In this document: in pieces, positions 47,178 through 57,618 of the stretch
How positions within the stretch are numbered: position 1 is the first letter of the stretch
Layout of the letters: every line of letters begins with the position of its first letter
NCBI GenBank assembly: GCA_019113025.1
Contig: DXIF01000103.1
Coordinates: forward strand, 1 to 59,803
DNA length: 59,803 bases
From: Candidatus Anaerobiospirillum stercoravium
GTDB lineage: Bacteria; Pseudomonadota; Gammaproteobacteria; Enterobacterales; Succinivibrionaceae
Reading direction: 5' to 3'
The notes under the pieces: generated by a model
The model's input: only the letters and a program-made list of their open reading frames with translations
Told to the model about the DNA's origin: nothing
Database searches by the model: none
Made by a program: the position numbers and the translations under genes

Positions 47178-48773
47178 ATGGCAGCTAATTCAGCAGTAAT
47201 GCAACCGCGTCCGACCGCAGCGGCGCCCCAGCGCGCTGCCGGTGCGCCTGTGGCCCACGCTGCTGCAGGTCAAGCGGCGCGCCCCGCGCCCAATGGCCGT
47301 CCTATGCCTAATGCCCCCGGCCGCCTCCAGACTGCTAATATGACGCCCCAACAGCTGGCGGCCTACCGGGCGCAACAAGCCGCGCGCGCCCAGCAAGCGG
47401 CGCGTGCGCCCGCGCAAGCTGCCGCCGGGGCCCGCCCCGGGCAGCCGGTTGCGCCCGCGGCCGCCGCGCCCCAGGATCCTGCAGCCAATCGCTGCCATTT
47501 GATCGCTCGGACCCCGGTGTTTGATGCGCACCGGGTGGTCCAGATGTACCGCTTGCGCTTTTCCTCGGGCAACAAGTTTGTGACCGATCGCATCTTGCCG
47601 CAGCACGTTGCGCCCATCATCAATGATTACTTCATTGAGCGCTCAATCGTGAATTTTGTAGGCTCCAAGTCCAAGGCCTTGATCATGATGCCGGTTAATC
47701 CTGGCCTCATTCCCTTGGTTAAAAAGGGCTTAGCCTCGCGTCTTGTGCTGCAAATCCCGCCCTATCAAGAACCCAGTGTGCAAGTGGTAAGCTTCATGTC
47801 GAACATCAAGCGCTTCGGCATTCGCTTTGCCGTAGACCTGATGGACGTGATGAAGCATGGCTGGCTTAAGGGCATCTTGCACATTGAATATGTCATGATC
47901 AATATGGGCAGCCAAGGCGCGTGGCAGCTGGCGGTGTTCCAAAAGCTCAAGGTCAAGGCGCCTTGGCTTAAGATCATCGCCTTTGGTACCAGTGAGTCGA
48001 CCTTACTTAAGATGTCGACTAGCTACCGGGCGGATCTGGTCATCTCCTCGATGAGCACCAGCACCATGTCCTTTAAGCAGTCACCGGCGTTAATGGAGCC
48101 GTTTCAGGCGGACATCATGTCGTTGGCGCATGAGCTGTTCTTGCCTAAGATCAACTTCCCTATCTTCAAGAAGTATCTGGCTGAAAACCGTGGTGTGCTC
48201 AAGATCTTGATCTACTATCTGCACCGCTTCAAGAAGGTGGGCCTCTCAACCTTGGGTAATTTAAGCGATATTTATCGCTATTTGGCCGAACACGAGCCAA
48301 TTCCCTCCTTTACCACCATCTTGGTTCATGGCCTGTTGACCCACTACACCAAGATCGTCCAAAGCTCGAGCTTGCATGTCATCGACGAGCTTTATCGCCG
48401 CATCTTAGTGCACGGCTACTTTACCCAGTACGTGATCACGCATCTGCCCAGTGCGACGGAAGCCGATCGCATGTACTGCTTTCAAACCGGCGTATTCTCG
48501 CTCTTGCCCGAGCTCTTACTAAAGACGCGCGAGGAGCTCAACTCCGATCGCTATCTCTACGCCATCACCAAGCGCATCAATGATGAGCACTCCTTAATCT
48601 GCCGCACCGTTAAGTGCTTGGAGGACATGGAGGCGAACAATCTCGAAGGCGTCTTTGATTTTGCCCGGACCTTTAAGGTCTCCTCGACCATTATCTGGGC
48701 AGCCTACGAAGATGCGCTCATTCGCGCTAACGAGTTCATGGTCGCAATGCAGGTGGTTTCTAGCCAGCGCTAA
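47178..48773 (+). CDS. Degenerate EAL-HDOD (YuxH/CdgJ-like) protein, paralogue of the upstream C-terminal module
   Basis: Shares NRCHL.xRTPVFDA, FAxDLM, IEYVMI, VFQxLKxKAPWLK, FQxGxFSLL, YExALxRxNE with the upstream ORF; ~100-aa Ala/Pro/Gln N-terminus. Confidence 0.72.
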   Translation: MAANSAVMQPRPTAAAPQRAAGAPVAHAAAGQAARPAPNGRPMPNAPGRLQTANMTPQQLAAYRAQQAARAQQAARAPAQAAAGARPGQPVAPAAAAPQDPAANRCHLIARTPVFDAHRVVQMYRLRFSSGNKFVTDRILPQHVAPIINDYFIERSIVNFVGSKSKALIMMPVNPGLIPLVKKGLASRLVLQIPPYQEPSVQVVSFMSNIKRFGIRFAVDLMDVMKHGWLKGILHIEYVMINMGSQGAWQLAVFQKLKVKAPWLKIIAFGTSESTLLKMSTSYRADLVISSMSTSTMSFKQSPALMEPFQADIMSLAHELFLPKINFPIFKKYLAENRGVLKILIYYLHRFKKVGLSTLGNLSDIYRYLAEHEPIPSFTTILVHGLLTHYTKIVQSSSLHVIDELYRRILVHGYFTQYVITHLPSATEADRMYCFQTGVFSLLPELLLKTREELNSDRYLYAITKRINDEHSLICRTVKCLEDMEANNLEGVFDFARTFKVSSTIIWAAYEDALIRANEFMVAMQVVSSQR

Positions 48774-48820
48774 GCGCGCAGCGCGGCGCACTTGCCCGCA
48801 CGCGGCAGCGCCTCGGCGCG

Positions 48821-48865
48821 CACAAAAACGGCGCCCCCAGCTAAGCTGGGGGCGCCGTTTTTGTG
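48821..48865. terminator. Bidirectional intrinsic terminator (EAL-HDOD paralogue / prs)
   Basis: CACAAAAACGGCGCCCCCAGC-taa-GCTGGGGGCGCCGTTTTTGTG, perfect 21-bp stem. Confidence 0.85.
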
Positions 48866-48924
48866 TGGGGCCGCCCGTGGCCCCGCCCCGGGGCCTCCTG
48901 CGGCCTTGGGGGGCAGGAATTTAG

Positions 48925-49875
48925 TTAGACCTGCTGGAACATGGCCGAGATCGACTCTTCGTTGCTGATGCGACGAATGGCCTCAGCTAACATTGGAGCT
49001 AAGGTTAAGTAGCGGATCTTGGAAATGGCGCGGGTAGCAGGAGTCGATGGAATCGAGTCGGAAACGACCAGCTCGTCTAAGGTCGAGTTGGAGAGGTTCT
49101 CACAAGCCTTGCCCGATAAGACTGGGTGGGTGGCGTAAGCCATTACGTGCAGGGCACCGCGCTCCTTTAAGGCGTCAGCGCACTTGCATAAGGTGCCACC
49201 GGTGTCGATGATGTCGTCGACGATGATGCAGTCGCGATCCTTGACCTCGCCGATGAGGTGCATTACCTCAGAGACGTTAGGCTGTGGACGACGCTTGTCG
49301 ATAATGGCGATGTCAGCGTTGTTTAAGAGCTTGGCGATGGCACGGGCACGGACGACACCGCCCATGTCAGGGGAGACGACCACTGGGTTGGTCAGGTTCT
49401 GCTGGAGCATGTCTTCTACGAAGATCTGGCTGCTAAAGCAGTTATCAACTGGGACGTCAAAGAAGCCTTGGATCTGCTCGGCGTGTAAGTCGACGGTTAA
49501 AACGCGATCCACCCCAACCGAGGATAAGAAGTCGGCTACGACCTTAGCGGTAATTGGTACACGGGCCGAGCGTAAACGGCGGTCTTGGCGGGCATAGCCA
49601 AAGTATGGTACTACCGCAGTGATGCGGCCGGCCGAGGCACGGCGCATCGCGTCAATCATGACAATCAGCTCCATGAGATTGTCATTGGTCGGAGCGCAGG
49701 TTGACTGAATAATGAAGATATCGCAACCGCGAACATTTTCATTAATCTGAACGTGGATCTCACCGTCGCTAAAACGGTCTACGGTTGCATTACCTAAACG
49801 AGTGTAGAGTCGAGCGGCAATCTTTTTTGCTAGTTCTGGGGTGGCATTACCAGCAAATAACTTCATATCAGCCAT
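48925..49875 (-). CDS. prs: Ribose-phosphate pyrophosphokinase
   Basis: [54 protein letters not shown]. Confidence 0.99.
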   Translation of the reverse strand: MADMKLFAGNATPELAKKIAARLYTRLGNATVDRFSDGEIHVQINENVRGCDIFIIQSTCAPTNDNLMELIVMIDAMRRASAGRITAVVPYFGYARQDRRLRSARVPITAKVVADFLSSVGVDRVLTVDLHAEQIQGFFDVPVDNCFSSQIFVEDMLQQNLTNPVVVSPDMGGVVRARAIAKLLNNADIAIIDKRRPQPNVSEVMHLIGEVKDRDCIIVDDIIDTGGTLCKCADALKERGALHVMAYATHPVLSGKACENLSNSTLDELVVSDSIPSTPATRAISKIRYLTLAPMLAEAIRRISNEESISAMFQQV

Positions 49876-50187
49876 GGAATGATTCCTGAAAAGAACAAAG
49901 CTGGGGCAAGAGCAAAAGCGGCAGTTGACGGCAAAATCCCAGTTTGGAACCTAACTGGGGGCGCAACTGACTTTGCCTGATGCTGTGGCGCGCATTATAG
50001 CGCCTAAATGGGCAATTTTTCCCATTTTATGCGCGCGCGGCCTTTTTCTTGGGCCAGATGGTTAGCACTACCCCTCTGCCTTAAGAGCTCAACTCACATC
50101 CTCAAGGAGTCAGGGGCAGCACCATGCACGGCGCGGCGTTAATGCAGCCAGATCAAGCAGCAACCACATCAGGCAGTTGGTTTGAGC

Positions 50188-51228
50188 TTAGCGCACGCGG
50201 CTCTCACCTTTAACCTGAGACAAGGCCTGAATGGTCAGGGAGGGGCTGACTGCGCGGGTCCAAAAAACGGTCGCGCCGCAGGCAAGGCCAAGGCTTGAAC
50301 CATGCTGCGTCAGCTCTTCAAACCAGTGTTGCGCTGTAGCGGCATCAGGGCACGCCACAAAGCACGAAGCGCCGGTTCCCGACATTGCAGGGTGGCCGTA
50401 TTTTACCAATATGTCTAAAGTGTGTCCAATTTCACAGAATTTTTCCGTAACAACTGGTACGAGGTCATTACAGTAGAGCTGGGATACCACCTCGCTAGGC
50501 TGGCGCGGCGCAGAGTAATGCCGTTTGAGCTCAGGCGCGGTGAAAATTTCCTTAGTGCTGACATGACAGCGGGGCGTGACCACCAAGTATGACTGGGGCG
50601 CCAAATTAAGCGGCGTAATGAGCTCGCCGCGCCCTTCGACTAAGGCGCTCGTGCCATGCACGAAAAATGGCACGTCTGAGCCCAGCTGCGCTCCTAAGTG
50701 AGCGAGCTGCGCGGTCGTAAGGCCCAGCTCAAAGATGGCATTTAAGGCCAGTAAGGTGGTAGCGGCGTTGCTCGAGCCGCCACCTAAGCCGCCGCCCATG
50801 GGAATACGCTTATCAAGGCCGATCGTGACGGTCAGCGGGCGCTGACACGTGGCCTCAAGTAACTTGACCGCGCGATAGATCAGATTGTGCTCAAGCGGAA
50901 AGTTGAGCGCCGAGGTGCTAACCAAGGTCACGCTCTCCCGCGTTTGCACGCACGGCGTAGCTTGAGGCGGTGGCACCACCTGCCCTGCGCCATCAAGGGT
51001 GACGTAGGTGCGGGCTGTTGCCGCCGCCTGCTGATTGCTTGCGCTCAGCTGCGCGAAGGCCGCTGCCGCGTCGGTGCCGGGGCGTACGACCATGGTATCG
51101 CCAAAATCAAGGGGGGTGAACACCGATTGGAGGTTATGAAAGCCGTCCGGGCGCGGGCCGAGGACATAGAGGCACAGATTGAGCTTGCAGGGGGAAAGCA
51201 AGGTCAAGCCTTGGGGGGCGAAAGTCAT
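50188..51228 (-). CDS. ispE: 4-diphosphocytidyl-2-C-methyl-D-erythritol kinase
   Basis: SPCKLNLCLYVLG.RPDGFHNLQS, KRIPMGGGLGGGSSNAAT, LGSDVPFF, MSGTGASCF; Ala-rich insertion. Confidence 0.95.
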   Translation of the reverse strand: MTFAPQGLTLLSPCKLNLCLYVLGPRPDGFHNLQSVFTPLDFGDTMVVRPGTDAAAAFAQLSASNQQAAATARTYVTLDGAGQVVPPPQATPCVQTRESVTLVSTSALNFPLEHNLIYRAVKLLEATCQRPLTVTIGLDKRIPMGGGLGGGSSNAATTLLALNAIFELGLTTAQLAHLGAQLGSDVPFFVHGTSALVEGRGELITPLNLAPQSYLVVTPRCHVSTKEIFTAPELKRHYSAPRQPSEVVSQLYCNDLVPVVTEKFCEIGHTLDILVKYGHPAMSGTGASCFVACPDAATAQHWFEELTQHGSSLGLACGATVFWTRAVSPSLTIQALSQVKGESRVR

Positions 51229-51246
51229 ACGCTACTCCTAGCCGTC

Positions 51247-51870
51247 TTAGCGCTCGAGGCTCTGGATGGTACGGGTAAAGAGCAAGATGCGGGTATTGGG
51301 CCCAACAATCTCGATTTCGCTGGGCAGCGCTAAGTCCTCGACCGTCTGATAGTTGCGGTAGGTGATGACAAAGCTTGGCACCTGCGAGCTCACTAAGATG
51401 CCCGCCTCATTAAATTGGCTCTGGGCATTCGGGGCAATGCCCATAATCAGCTGATGGAACTCATCTAAAGGCAGCTGCATGGAGACCACTTGCGCAAAGA
51501 GCTCTTGGGGGCTGGGGGCCGTAAACAGCTTGCCTTGGGCCAACAGCTGGGCCGCCTCAGGGGTGACCTTTAAGTAGGCGAGCTCAGAGCCTAGGGAGCT
51601 GGTTAAGCGCAAGGTGTAATTGCGGCTATCTGAGCCTTGATAGAGGTAGTTAGCGCTAAAGCGTAAGTCCTCATGGACGATATTGGCGCGGCCAAACAAG
51701 CTCACCGCCTTAACCGCCTTGAGTTTAGCTTGCATCCCCTGCCAAAAAGCGGCATCGGTGACCATCGCCGAGGTCGGAATCGACTGGCAGCCGCTCATCA
51801 GGGACGTAAGGCCCAGCGCGACACTTAGGCCGAGGGCGCAGCTTCCCACCAACTTTTTCAGGTGCAACAT
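51247..51870 (-). CDS. lolB: Outer-membrane lipoprotein LolB
   Basis: ATG 51870 after AGGAGA; lipobox LMSGC; LRLTSSLG, LPL..IMG motifs; position upstream of ispE-prs. Confidence 0.8.
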   Translation of the reverse strand: MLHLKKLVGSCALGLSVALGLTSLMSGCQSIPTSAMVTDAAFWQGMQAKLKAVKAVSLFGRANIVHEDLRFSANYLYQGSDSRNYTLRLTSSLGSELAYLKVTPEAAQLLAQGKLFTAPSPQELFAQVVSMQLPLDEFHQLIMGIAPNAQSQFNEAGILVSSQVPSFVITYRNYQTVEDLALPSEIEIVGPNTRILLFTRTIQSLER

Positions 51871-51904
51871 CTCATGTCTCCTTGCGTGCTTGGCTGAATC
51901 GGCT

Positions 51905-53812
51905 TTAATCAGCGCTGGTGGTAGCACCGGTGGTAGCGCCGGTAGCAGTGCTGGCGGCACTTGGGGCAGTGCTACTTTCAGCGCTTAAGTGCGCTTGCGC
52001 AATCAAGTCGTAGACCTTGAGCAGCGCTTGGTGCTGCGTGCTGCCGCTTAGCTCCAGATCTAAGGTTTCAAGGCCTAAGAAACGTTGCTCGTGGGCAATA
52101 TGGGCTTTGACTTGGGCTAGGGTGGTGCTGCCGTAAACCAGTTCTAAGGCGTCTTCATAGTCCTTTAAGTTCTGACTGTCTTGGCACTGCAAGTATTTGA
52201 TCAAGCACTGGTAGAAGCGGCGGTGCTCGAGGCTGATGTTGTCGCGGGTGAAGGCGAGCGTCCACTGGGCGTACTCTAAGGCGCGGTCATAGTCCTCGGC
52301 CTCTAAGGCGAGGAGGCACTTTAACTCACCAAAGCGCAGCTGAGCCCACAGGCTGTCTGAGTCCGGCAAGAGACCAAGGCTTTGAGCGACAAAGGCATCG
52401 TCCGGGACTTCATCGTTTTCGAGCTCTTCGATGTAGTCGGCATAGGCTTGCGGCTCTTCTTGGGAGCTGGGCAGGCTGAAGATGCCTTCTTGGTAGCTGA
52501 GGTAATTGTTGGTGTTGTTGTAGATGAGATCGTCAAACGGGTAGATCTCAGACATGCCCGGGACGATGATGCGGTACACCGGCAGGCCCAGGTTTTGGTA
52601 GGTGCGCACGTAGATGTCAAAGCCCAGCTTGTCGATGATGTAGCGCAGGGCCTTGTATTGGTCATGGGTGCTCCCGGCAAAGTCCCACGACACGAACTTG
52701 AACATGGGCTTGCGCTTGAACATCTGCATTGGCAGCAGGCCGGTTGAGTCAATGAAGTGGCTTTCGATGTTGACGATGGAGCTGGTTTGCTCTAAGTCAA
52801 AGCTCGGCTCTTCAAAGGCGTCGAGGTCGCTTAAGGTGCGGCCTTGCATCAGCTCGGTTAAGGTGCGGTCAATTGCGACTTCAAAAATCGGGTGGGCACC
52901 AAAGGAGGCCACGCAGGTGCCATTGCTCTGGTTAAAGAGCACGATGCACACGACCGGATACTTACCCCCTAAGGAGGCATCGTAGCACACCACCTTCAGC
53001 TCCGCGCTTTGCATGGTTTGGAGCGATTCGTAGAACTTCGGGTATTTTTGCAAGATCTTGTCGGGGATGACCGGCAGCGCCAGGCCCTCGCGGATGATCT
53101 TGCCCTTAACGTAGCGCTCCAAAATCTCCGATAAGCCCTGAACCAGTGCCTCATACTCCGTGTTACCGGCGCTCATGCCATTGGAGGCATAGAGGTTATC
53201 GAGCAGATTGACTGGGAAGTAGACAATCTCGCCGTTACGCACATTGGTAAAGGGCAGGGAGCAGACGCCGCGCTCGATATTGCTGCTTTGCAGGTCGATC
53301 AAATGGTTTAAGAAGAGCTCTTCGGATTCCTCCTGACCGTGACTACTTTGGGCGGTGATCTCAGAAAGCTCGGGATCGTAGTCAGTGTTGCCGCGGGCGC
53401 TGTTGTGCAGTTTGCCATAGAGGGCACGCAGCTTGACGTTTAAGATCTCGGAGTTAAGGGGGGTAGGATCCTCGTCACTGTCATTAAGCTTAGTCCAGCG
53501 CTCATCTGGGAAGTGAACGAATTTGCCCTCTGAGCGGCTCTTGCCCAAGAAGAAGTCGCTAAAGCTCATGTGGGTGGCCAGGCGCTCATAAATCTCGCCA
53601 TAGGCTGAGCACAGGGCCGCTTCTTTAGAGGAGCCTTTGCCGTTGGAGTACAGGGCTGGGCACGAGGCCACCGAAAGATGCACCGACCAGACATTAGGCA
53701 ATGGGTTTAACCATTGCTCTTCGACTAATTCCAAGCCCAGCTTAGCCGCGACGTGCTTAAAGCGCGCTAAGGTATCCTCTAAAGCGGCATCCTTGCCAGC
53801 AATTTGCGTCAT
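51905..53812 (-). CDS. ycaO: YcaO-family protein (S12 methylthiotransferase accessory factor)
   Basis: GKDAALEDTLARF, WLNPLPNVWSVH, NGKGSSKEAALCSAYGEIYER, SNGMSAGNT..EALVQGLSEILER, SFGAHP, RIIVPGMSEIYP. Confidence 0.95.
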   Translation of the reverse strand: MTQIAGKDAALEDTLARFKHVAAKLGLELVEEQWLNPLPNVWSVHLSVASCPALYSNGKGSSKEAALCSAYGEIYERLATHMSFSDFFLGKSRSEGKFVHFPDERWTKLNDSDEDPTPLNSEILNVKLRALYGKLHNSARGNTDYDPELSEITAQSSHGQEESEELFLNHLIDLQSSNIERGVCSLPFTNVRNGEIVYFPVNLLDNLYASNGMSAGNTEYEALVQGLSEILERYVKGKIIREGLALPVIPDKILQKYPKFYESLQTMQSAELKVVCYDASLGGKYPVVCIVLFNQSNGTCVASFGAHPIFEVAIDRTLTELMQGRTLSDLDAFEEPSFDLEQTSSIVNIESHFIDSTGLLPMQMFKRKPMFKFVSWDFAGSTHDQYKALRYIIDKLGFDIYVRTYQNLGLPVYRIIVPGMSEIYPFDDLIYNNTNNYLSYQEGIFSLPSSQEEPQAYADYIEELENDEVPDDAFVAQSLGLLPDSDSLWAQLRFGELKCLLALEAEDYDRALEYAQWTLAFTRDNISLEHRRFYQCLIKYLQCQDSQNLKDYEDALELVYGSTTLAQVKAHIAHEQRFLGLETLDLELSGSTQHQALLKVYDLIAQAHLSAESSTAPSAASTATGATTGATTSAD

Positions 53813-54005
53813 AAAGTGCTAAAACCTAAAACCAAAAAACCAAACCAGCCCCGCAGGCACCGACGCCGCGGTCAAATCAGACAAAATTCCGGGAAACTTG
53901 GCATCATGATAGCACAGCCCCTCCCTGACACCGGCACGGGCGCTGCCTTGTTACAATGGGGCTAACATCGACTTGTGCCACCACTTCAAAAGAGGCCGAA
54001 ACATC

Positions 54006-55268
54006 ATGAGTGACTCCCAGCACCCCAACTTAGAGCAAGAGCCGAGCGCCGCCCCACAGGCGAGGCCTGTGCCGTCGGCCCAGCCCCAGGCCGCGGACGC
54101 AGGCGCGTCCCCGGTGACGGCCGCTGAGCCAGACTTGTCTTTGGCCTGCGCCGCTGAGTCCCAATTAGCGCCGCACCCAGCTTCGGCGCCAGCGGCCGAG
54201 CAAACCGCCGAACAAGTTGAGGCCGCGCCCGCAAAGCAAGCTGCGGAGCAAGCCACTGACCAAGCAGTTGAGCAAGGCGCTGGGCAAGCGGCGGCGCAAG
54301 CTGCTGACCAAGCTCAAGTCGTGGCTTCGGCGCCGGACTCTGCGCCGGGCGCGGAACCGGCCGCTGGTGCGGCGGGGGCGAGCGCCGGGCCGCTGCCGCC
54401 TGTGTTTAAGATGGGCGATGATGTCTCGGCCTATACCGGACGGCCGCGCTTTACCGCCGAGGACAACAAAGCGCTGGCGCAGAGCGCGCGCTTTTTTCGG
54501 CAGGCTATGACTACCGCGGCGCGCGCGCGGGGCGAGGAGTATGAGCCCTTTCAGCTTCCGGCTAAGATGCGCGCGCAGCTGGCCAAAATCGACGAGGAGT
54601 CGGCCCAGCTCAAGTACGAAGAGGCGCTAAAAGCAGGCTTAAGTGAGGAGGAGGCACAGGCGATTAAGGATAAGTCGTTAGCGGCGCTGTCCTCATTACA
54701 TGCGGTCAATGCCGAAGAAGATGAGCAGCTTAAGCAAGCGCAAAGCGAGCAGGAGCGCATTGACGCGGGGGGAGCACGCTTTTACCACAAGTACCAAGAG
54801 CTGCTCGAGCGCCAACAAGAGCACCAAGCCGCGAACAAGGAAAAAGTGAAGCGCAATCTCAAGGTGGCCTTTGTCGTAATCGTGGGCTTAGTCGGCTATA
54901 TGCTCTTTAGTAAGTTTGCTCTTGATAAAGATGCTGCCTCCATTGAGGAGCTTAAGGCTGCCTTGCCGCTGACCATTGATGAAACCACGGCCATGGTGCG
55001 CATCGACGATCGCAATGACGATTTCCGCATCTTCTTTGAGAAGGATCCCAAGGCCTTTGAGGGTTGGAGTGAGCACCAAAAACAGGCAGCGCTAGACCAA
55101 TTCAGCAAAAATGCACCTCTGTTGTGCAAAAATCAGCTGTTAAACCACATAATCACGTCGGGTAAAAAAGTCACTGTAATATTAGAGGCCACTGATAGAA
55201 GTTTCAGCCGCCAGTATTCGGTGGACCAATGCCCAACTACGGAAAATCGTGAGGGTTTAGATTTGTAG
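54006..55268 (+). CDS. Hypothetical single-pass membrane protein with disordered N-terminus and small Cys-pair periplasmic domain
   Basis: Ala/Pro/Gln-rich N-terminus, coiled coil, TM VAFVVIVGLVGYMLF, C-terminal LPLTIDETTAM..LLC..G..C. Confidence 0.7.
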   Translation: MSDSQHPNLEQEPSAAPQARPVPSAQPQAADAGASPVTAAEPDLSLACAAESQLAPHPASAPAAEQTAEQVEAAPAKQAAEQATDQAVEQGAGQAAAQAADQAQVVASAPDSAPGAEPAAGAAGASAGPLPPVFKMGDDVSAYTGRPRFTAEDNKALAQSARFFRQAMTTAARARGEEYEPFQLPAKMRAQLAKIDEESAQLKYEEALKAGLSEEEAQAIKDKSLAALSSLHAVNAEEDEQLKQAQSEQERIDAGGARFYHKYQELLERQQEHQAANKEKVKRNLKVAFVVIVGLVGYMLFSKFALDKDAASIEELKAALPLTIDETTAMVRIDDRNDDFRIFFEKDPKAFEGWSEHQKQAALDQFSKNAPLLCKNQLLNHIITSGKKVTVILEATDRSFSRQYSVDQCPTTENREGLDL

Positions 55269-55336
55269 GTAAAGCTGCGCGTCGCAGCGGGCTTGGTTGT
55301 AGGGCTGACTGTTTAGTTGTTGAGGTTTGATTCGTA

Positions 55337-56449
55337 ATGCTAAAGCTTGGTTTAGTCGGTTGGCGTGGTATGGTCGGTTCCGTCTTAATGGACCGTATGG
55401 CAACTGAAGGTGACTTCAAGTTATGCGAGAACTATTTCTTTACCACTTCGCAGGCAGGTCAAGCTGCGCCTAAGTACGACAACTTAAAGAGCGACGTCTT
55501 GCTCGATGCCTACAACATTGAGGCCCTGATGGGCATGGATGTCATCATCACCTGCCAAGGTGGTGATTACACCAATAAGGTCTACCCAGAGCTGATGAAG
55601 GCGGGCTTCAAGGGCTACTGGATTGATGCCGCCTCGTCCTTACGTATGGCCGATGATGCCGTCATCATCTTAGATCCGGTCAACCAAGACGTAATTGACG
55701 CCTCCTTAAATAAGGGCATCAAGACCTACGTCGGCGGTAACTGCACGGTCAGCCTGATGTTAATGGCCATGGCGGGTCTGTTTAAGGCCGACTTAATTGA
55801 GTGGGTCTCCTCCTCGACCTACCAAGCAGCCTCGGGCGCGGGCGCCAAGAACATGCGCGAGCTCTTAATCCAGATGGGCCAATTACACGATTGTGTTAAG
55901 GCTGAGCTGGCTGACCCTAACTCCAATATCTTAGAGATTGAGAAGAAGGTCCGTCAGTGCATGAACGCTGAGACCTTTGAGACCAAGTGCTTTGGTGCGC
56001 CACTAGCAGGCTCGGTACTGCCATGGATCGACAAGCAGCTGGAGAATGGCCAGAGTCGCGAAGAGTGGAAGGGCATGGCTGAGACCAACAAGATCTTAGG
56101 CTTAGCGCCAGCGACTGTCCCAGTGGATGGCAACTGCGTGCGCATCAGCTCAATGCGCTGCCACAGCCAGTCGTTAACCATCAAGTTAAAGCGCGATGTA
56201 CCAGTAAGCGAGATCGAGTCGATCTTAGCGGCCCATAATCAATGGGTTAAGGTGGTACCAAATGAGCGTGACATCACCTTACAAGAGCTGACCCCTGCCT
56301 ACGTTTCGGGCACCTTAACGGTGCCAATCGGCCGCTTACGCAAGATGATGATGGGCCCGCTGTACCTGTCAGCATTCACCGTGGGTGACCAATTACTGTG
56401 GGGCGCAGCCGAGCCATTACGTCGCATGCTGCGCATCCTCGCTAAGTAG
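55337..56449 (+). CDS. asd: Aspartate-semialdehyde dehydrogenase
   Basis: [63 protein letters not shown]. Confidence 0.99.
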   Translation: MLKLGLVGWRGMVGSVLMDRMATEGDFKLCENYFFTTSQAGQAAPKYDNLKSDVLLDAYNIEALMGMDVIITCQGGDYTNKVYPELMKAGFKGYWIDAASSLRMADDAVIILDPVNQDVIDASLNKGIKTYVGGNCTVSLMLMAMAGLFKADLIEWVSSSTYQAASGAGAKNMRELLIQMGQLHDCVKAELADPNSNILEIEKKVRQCMNAETFETKCFGAPLAGSVLPWIDKQLENGQSREEWKGMAETNKILGLAPATVPVDGNCVRISSMRCHSQSLTIKLKRDVPVSEIESILAAHNQWVKVVPNERDITLQELTPAYVSGTLTVPIGRLRKMMMGPLYLSAFTVGDQLLWGAAEPLRRMLRILAK

Positions 56450-56482
56450 AAGTCGCAGCAGTTAAACCGGGCCCTTGGCCCC

Positions 56483-56512
56483 AAGAAAAAGGCCCGTCAG
56501 GGCCTTTTTCTT
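56483..56512 (+). terminator. Intrinsic terminator after asd
   Basis: AAGAAAAAGGCCC-gtca-GGGCCTTTTTCTT. Confidence 0.85.
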
Positions 56513-56739
56513 AGGTCGGCGCCGCAGTTGCGCTGCCGGTGCGGCGTAATTGCGGCTTGAAGCTCCCACCTAAGGCAGCGCTGGGGCTCGGTTTGGGCGT
56601 AAGGCGCCGCGTGAGCGGTGGGCGCGGCTCGCTCCTCAGTTGGCCCTGAGCCCGTGGCAGATTGGCACAAAAAGTGGTAAGGTGCTAATAGGATTAATGG
56701 GCAGGGGCCCGCTATTCGCGTCGATCTTAGGAGGTCGCC

Positions 56740-57273
56740 ATGATTGCTAAAGAGCTACGCGACGTCTACCTCGTTGATGAATTGCAACTGGGGCAGCGTC
56801 TCAATGAATCGCTGCAAGAAGGCGATCAAACTGATTTCAATTTGATGATGGCGCTCTTGTCGCCGGACGTCACGGACGCGGCATGGACGCGTGGCCCGGA
56901 TGAAGGTCAAGCCCCGGAGGATCTGCGCGAGAAATTTTGCTTGCTCCCTGAGACGCGCAAATACGCCGAGAGCGACGACTTCGATCGCGGCCAAGAGTTC
57001 TCGGAGATGATTCATGACACCGAGGATGCCCAAGTAGGACGCAACCAGGTGTTCTTGGCTGAGTGCTTACGCCAAGAGCCGCTGACGCCATTCAAGCGCG
57101 ACTTAGCCCCAGAGGTCTACGCCGAATTAGCTCCGCTTAAGAAGGAGAAGGTACGCAAGCAGTTTGCCGGTGAGGTGCTCCAATACGAGACCTTCCAAGG
57201 CCGCAGCCAGCGCAACTTCGACGTCTTAGCCGAGATTCGCGAAGCGCAAACTCAAATTGACATCAAGAGCTAG
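56740..57273 (+). CDS. Conserved hypothetical protein, probably VC2046/SO_2500 family
   Basis: SD AGGAGG; LVDELQLGQRLNESLQEGDQTDFNLMMALLSPDV resembles the recalled N-terminal motif of that family. Confidence 0.65.
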   Translation: MIAKELRDVYLVDELQLGQRLNESLQEGDQTDFNLMMALLSPDVTDAAWTRGPDEGQAPEDLREKFCLLPETRKYAESDDFDRGQEFSEMIHDTEDAQVGRNQVFLAECLRQEPLTPFKRDLAPEVYAELAPLKKEKVRKQFAGEVLQYETFQGRSQRNFDVLAEIREAQTQIDIKS

Positions 57274-57335
57274 CGCCGCGCGGTCTGCACAGCATGTCGG
57301 CACCGCACGTCGGCACCGCACATCTGCATTTGGAG

Positions 57336-57370
57336 CAAGAACCCTGTCTTGGCAGCAAGACGGGTTTTTG
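57336..57370. terminator. Probable terminator between convergent genes
   Basis: caagaaccctgtcttg-gcag-caagacgggtttttg. Confidence 0.65.
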
Positions 57371-57618
57371 TTGCCTGCAAGAAAGCTTTAGCAGGTGTGC
57401 CGCCTCGCGCTAGCAGGAATTGTTAGGCTCCGTCAGGGGCCTTGGGTCCAAAGTTGAAATAAGCGCATAAGCCCCCTTACCCCCGCGTGGCGGGGACAGT
57501 TAAGAGTTCTCACTGCAACGGCACCCTAAGGGCGCCGTTGCCTGGGACTAGCCCCCAACTGGGTGGGACTAGCCTCAAACTAGGTGGAACTTACCTCAAG
57601 CACGCTTGGAACTTGCGC

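Noticed and set aside
49876-50187. tRNA-Gln between ispE and prs (as in some proteobacteria)
   Set aside because: No T-loop GTTCGA/cloverleaf was found.
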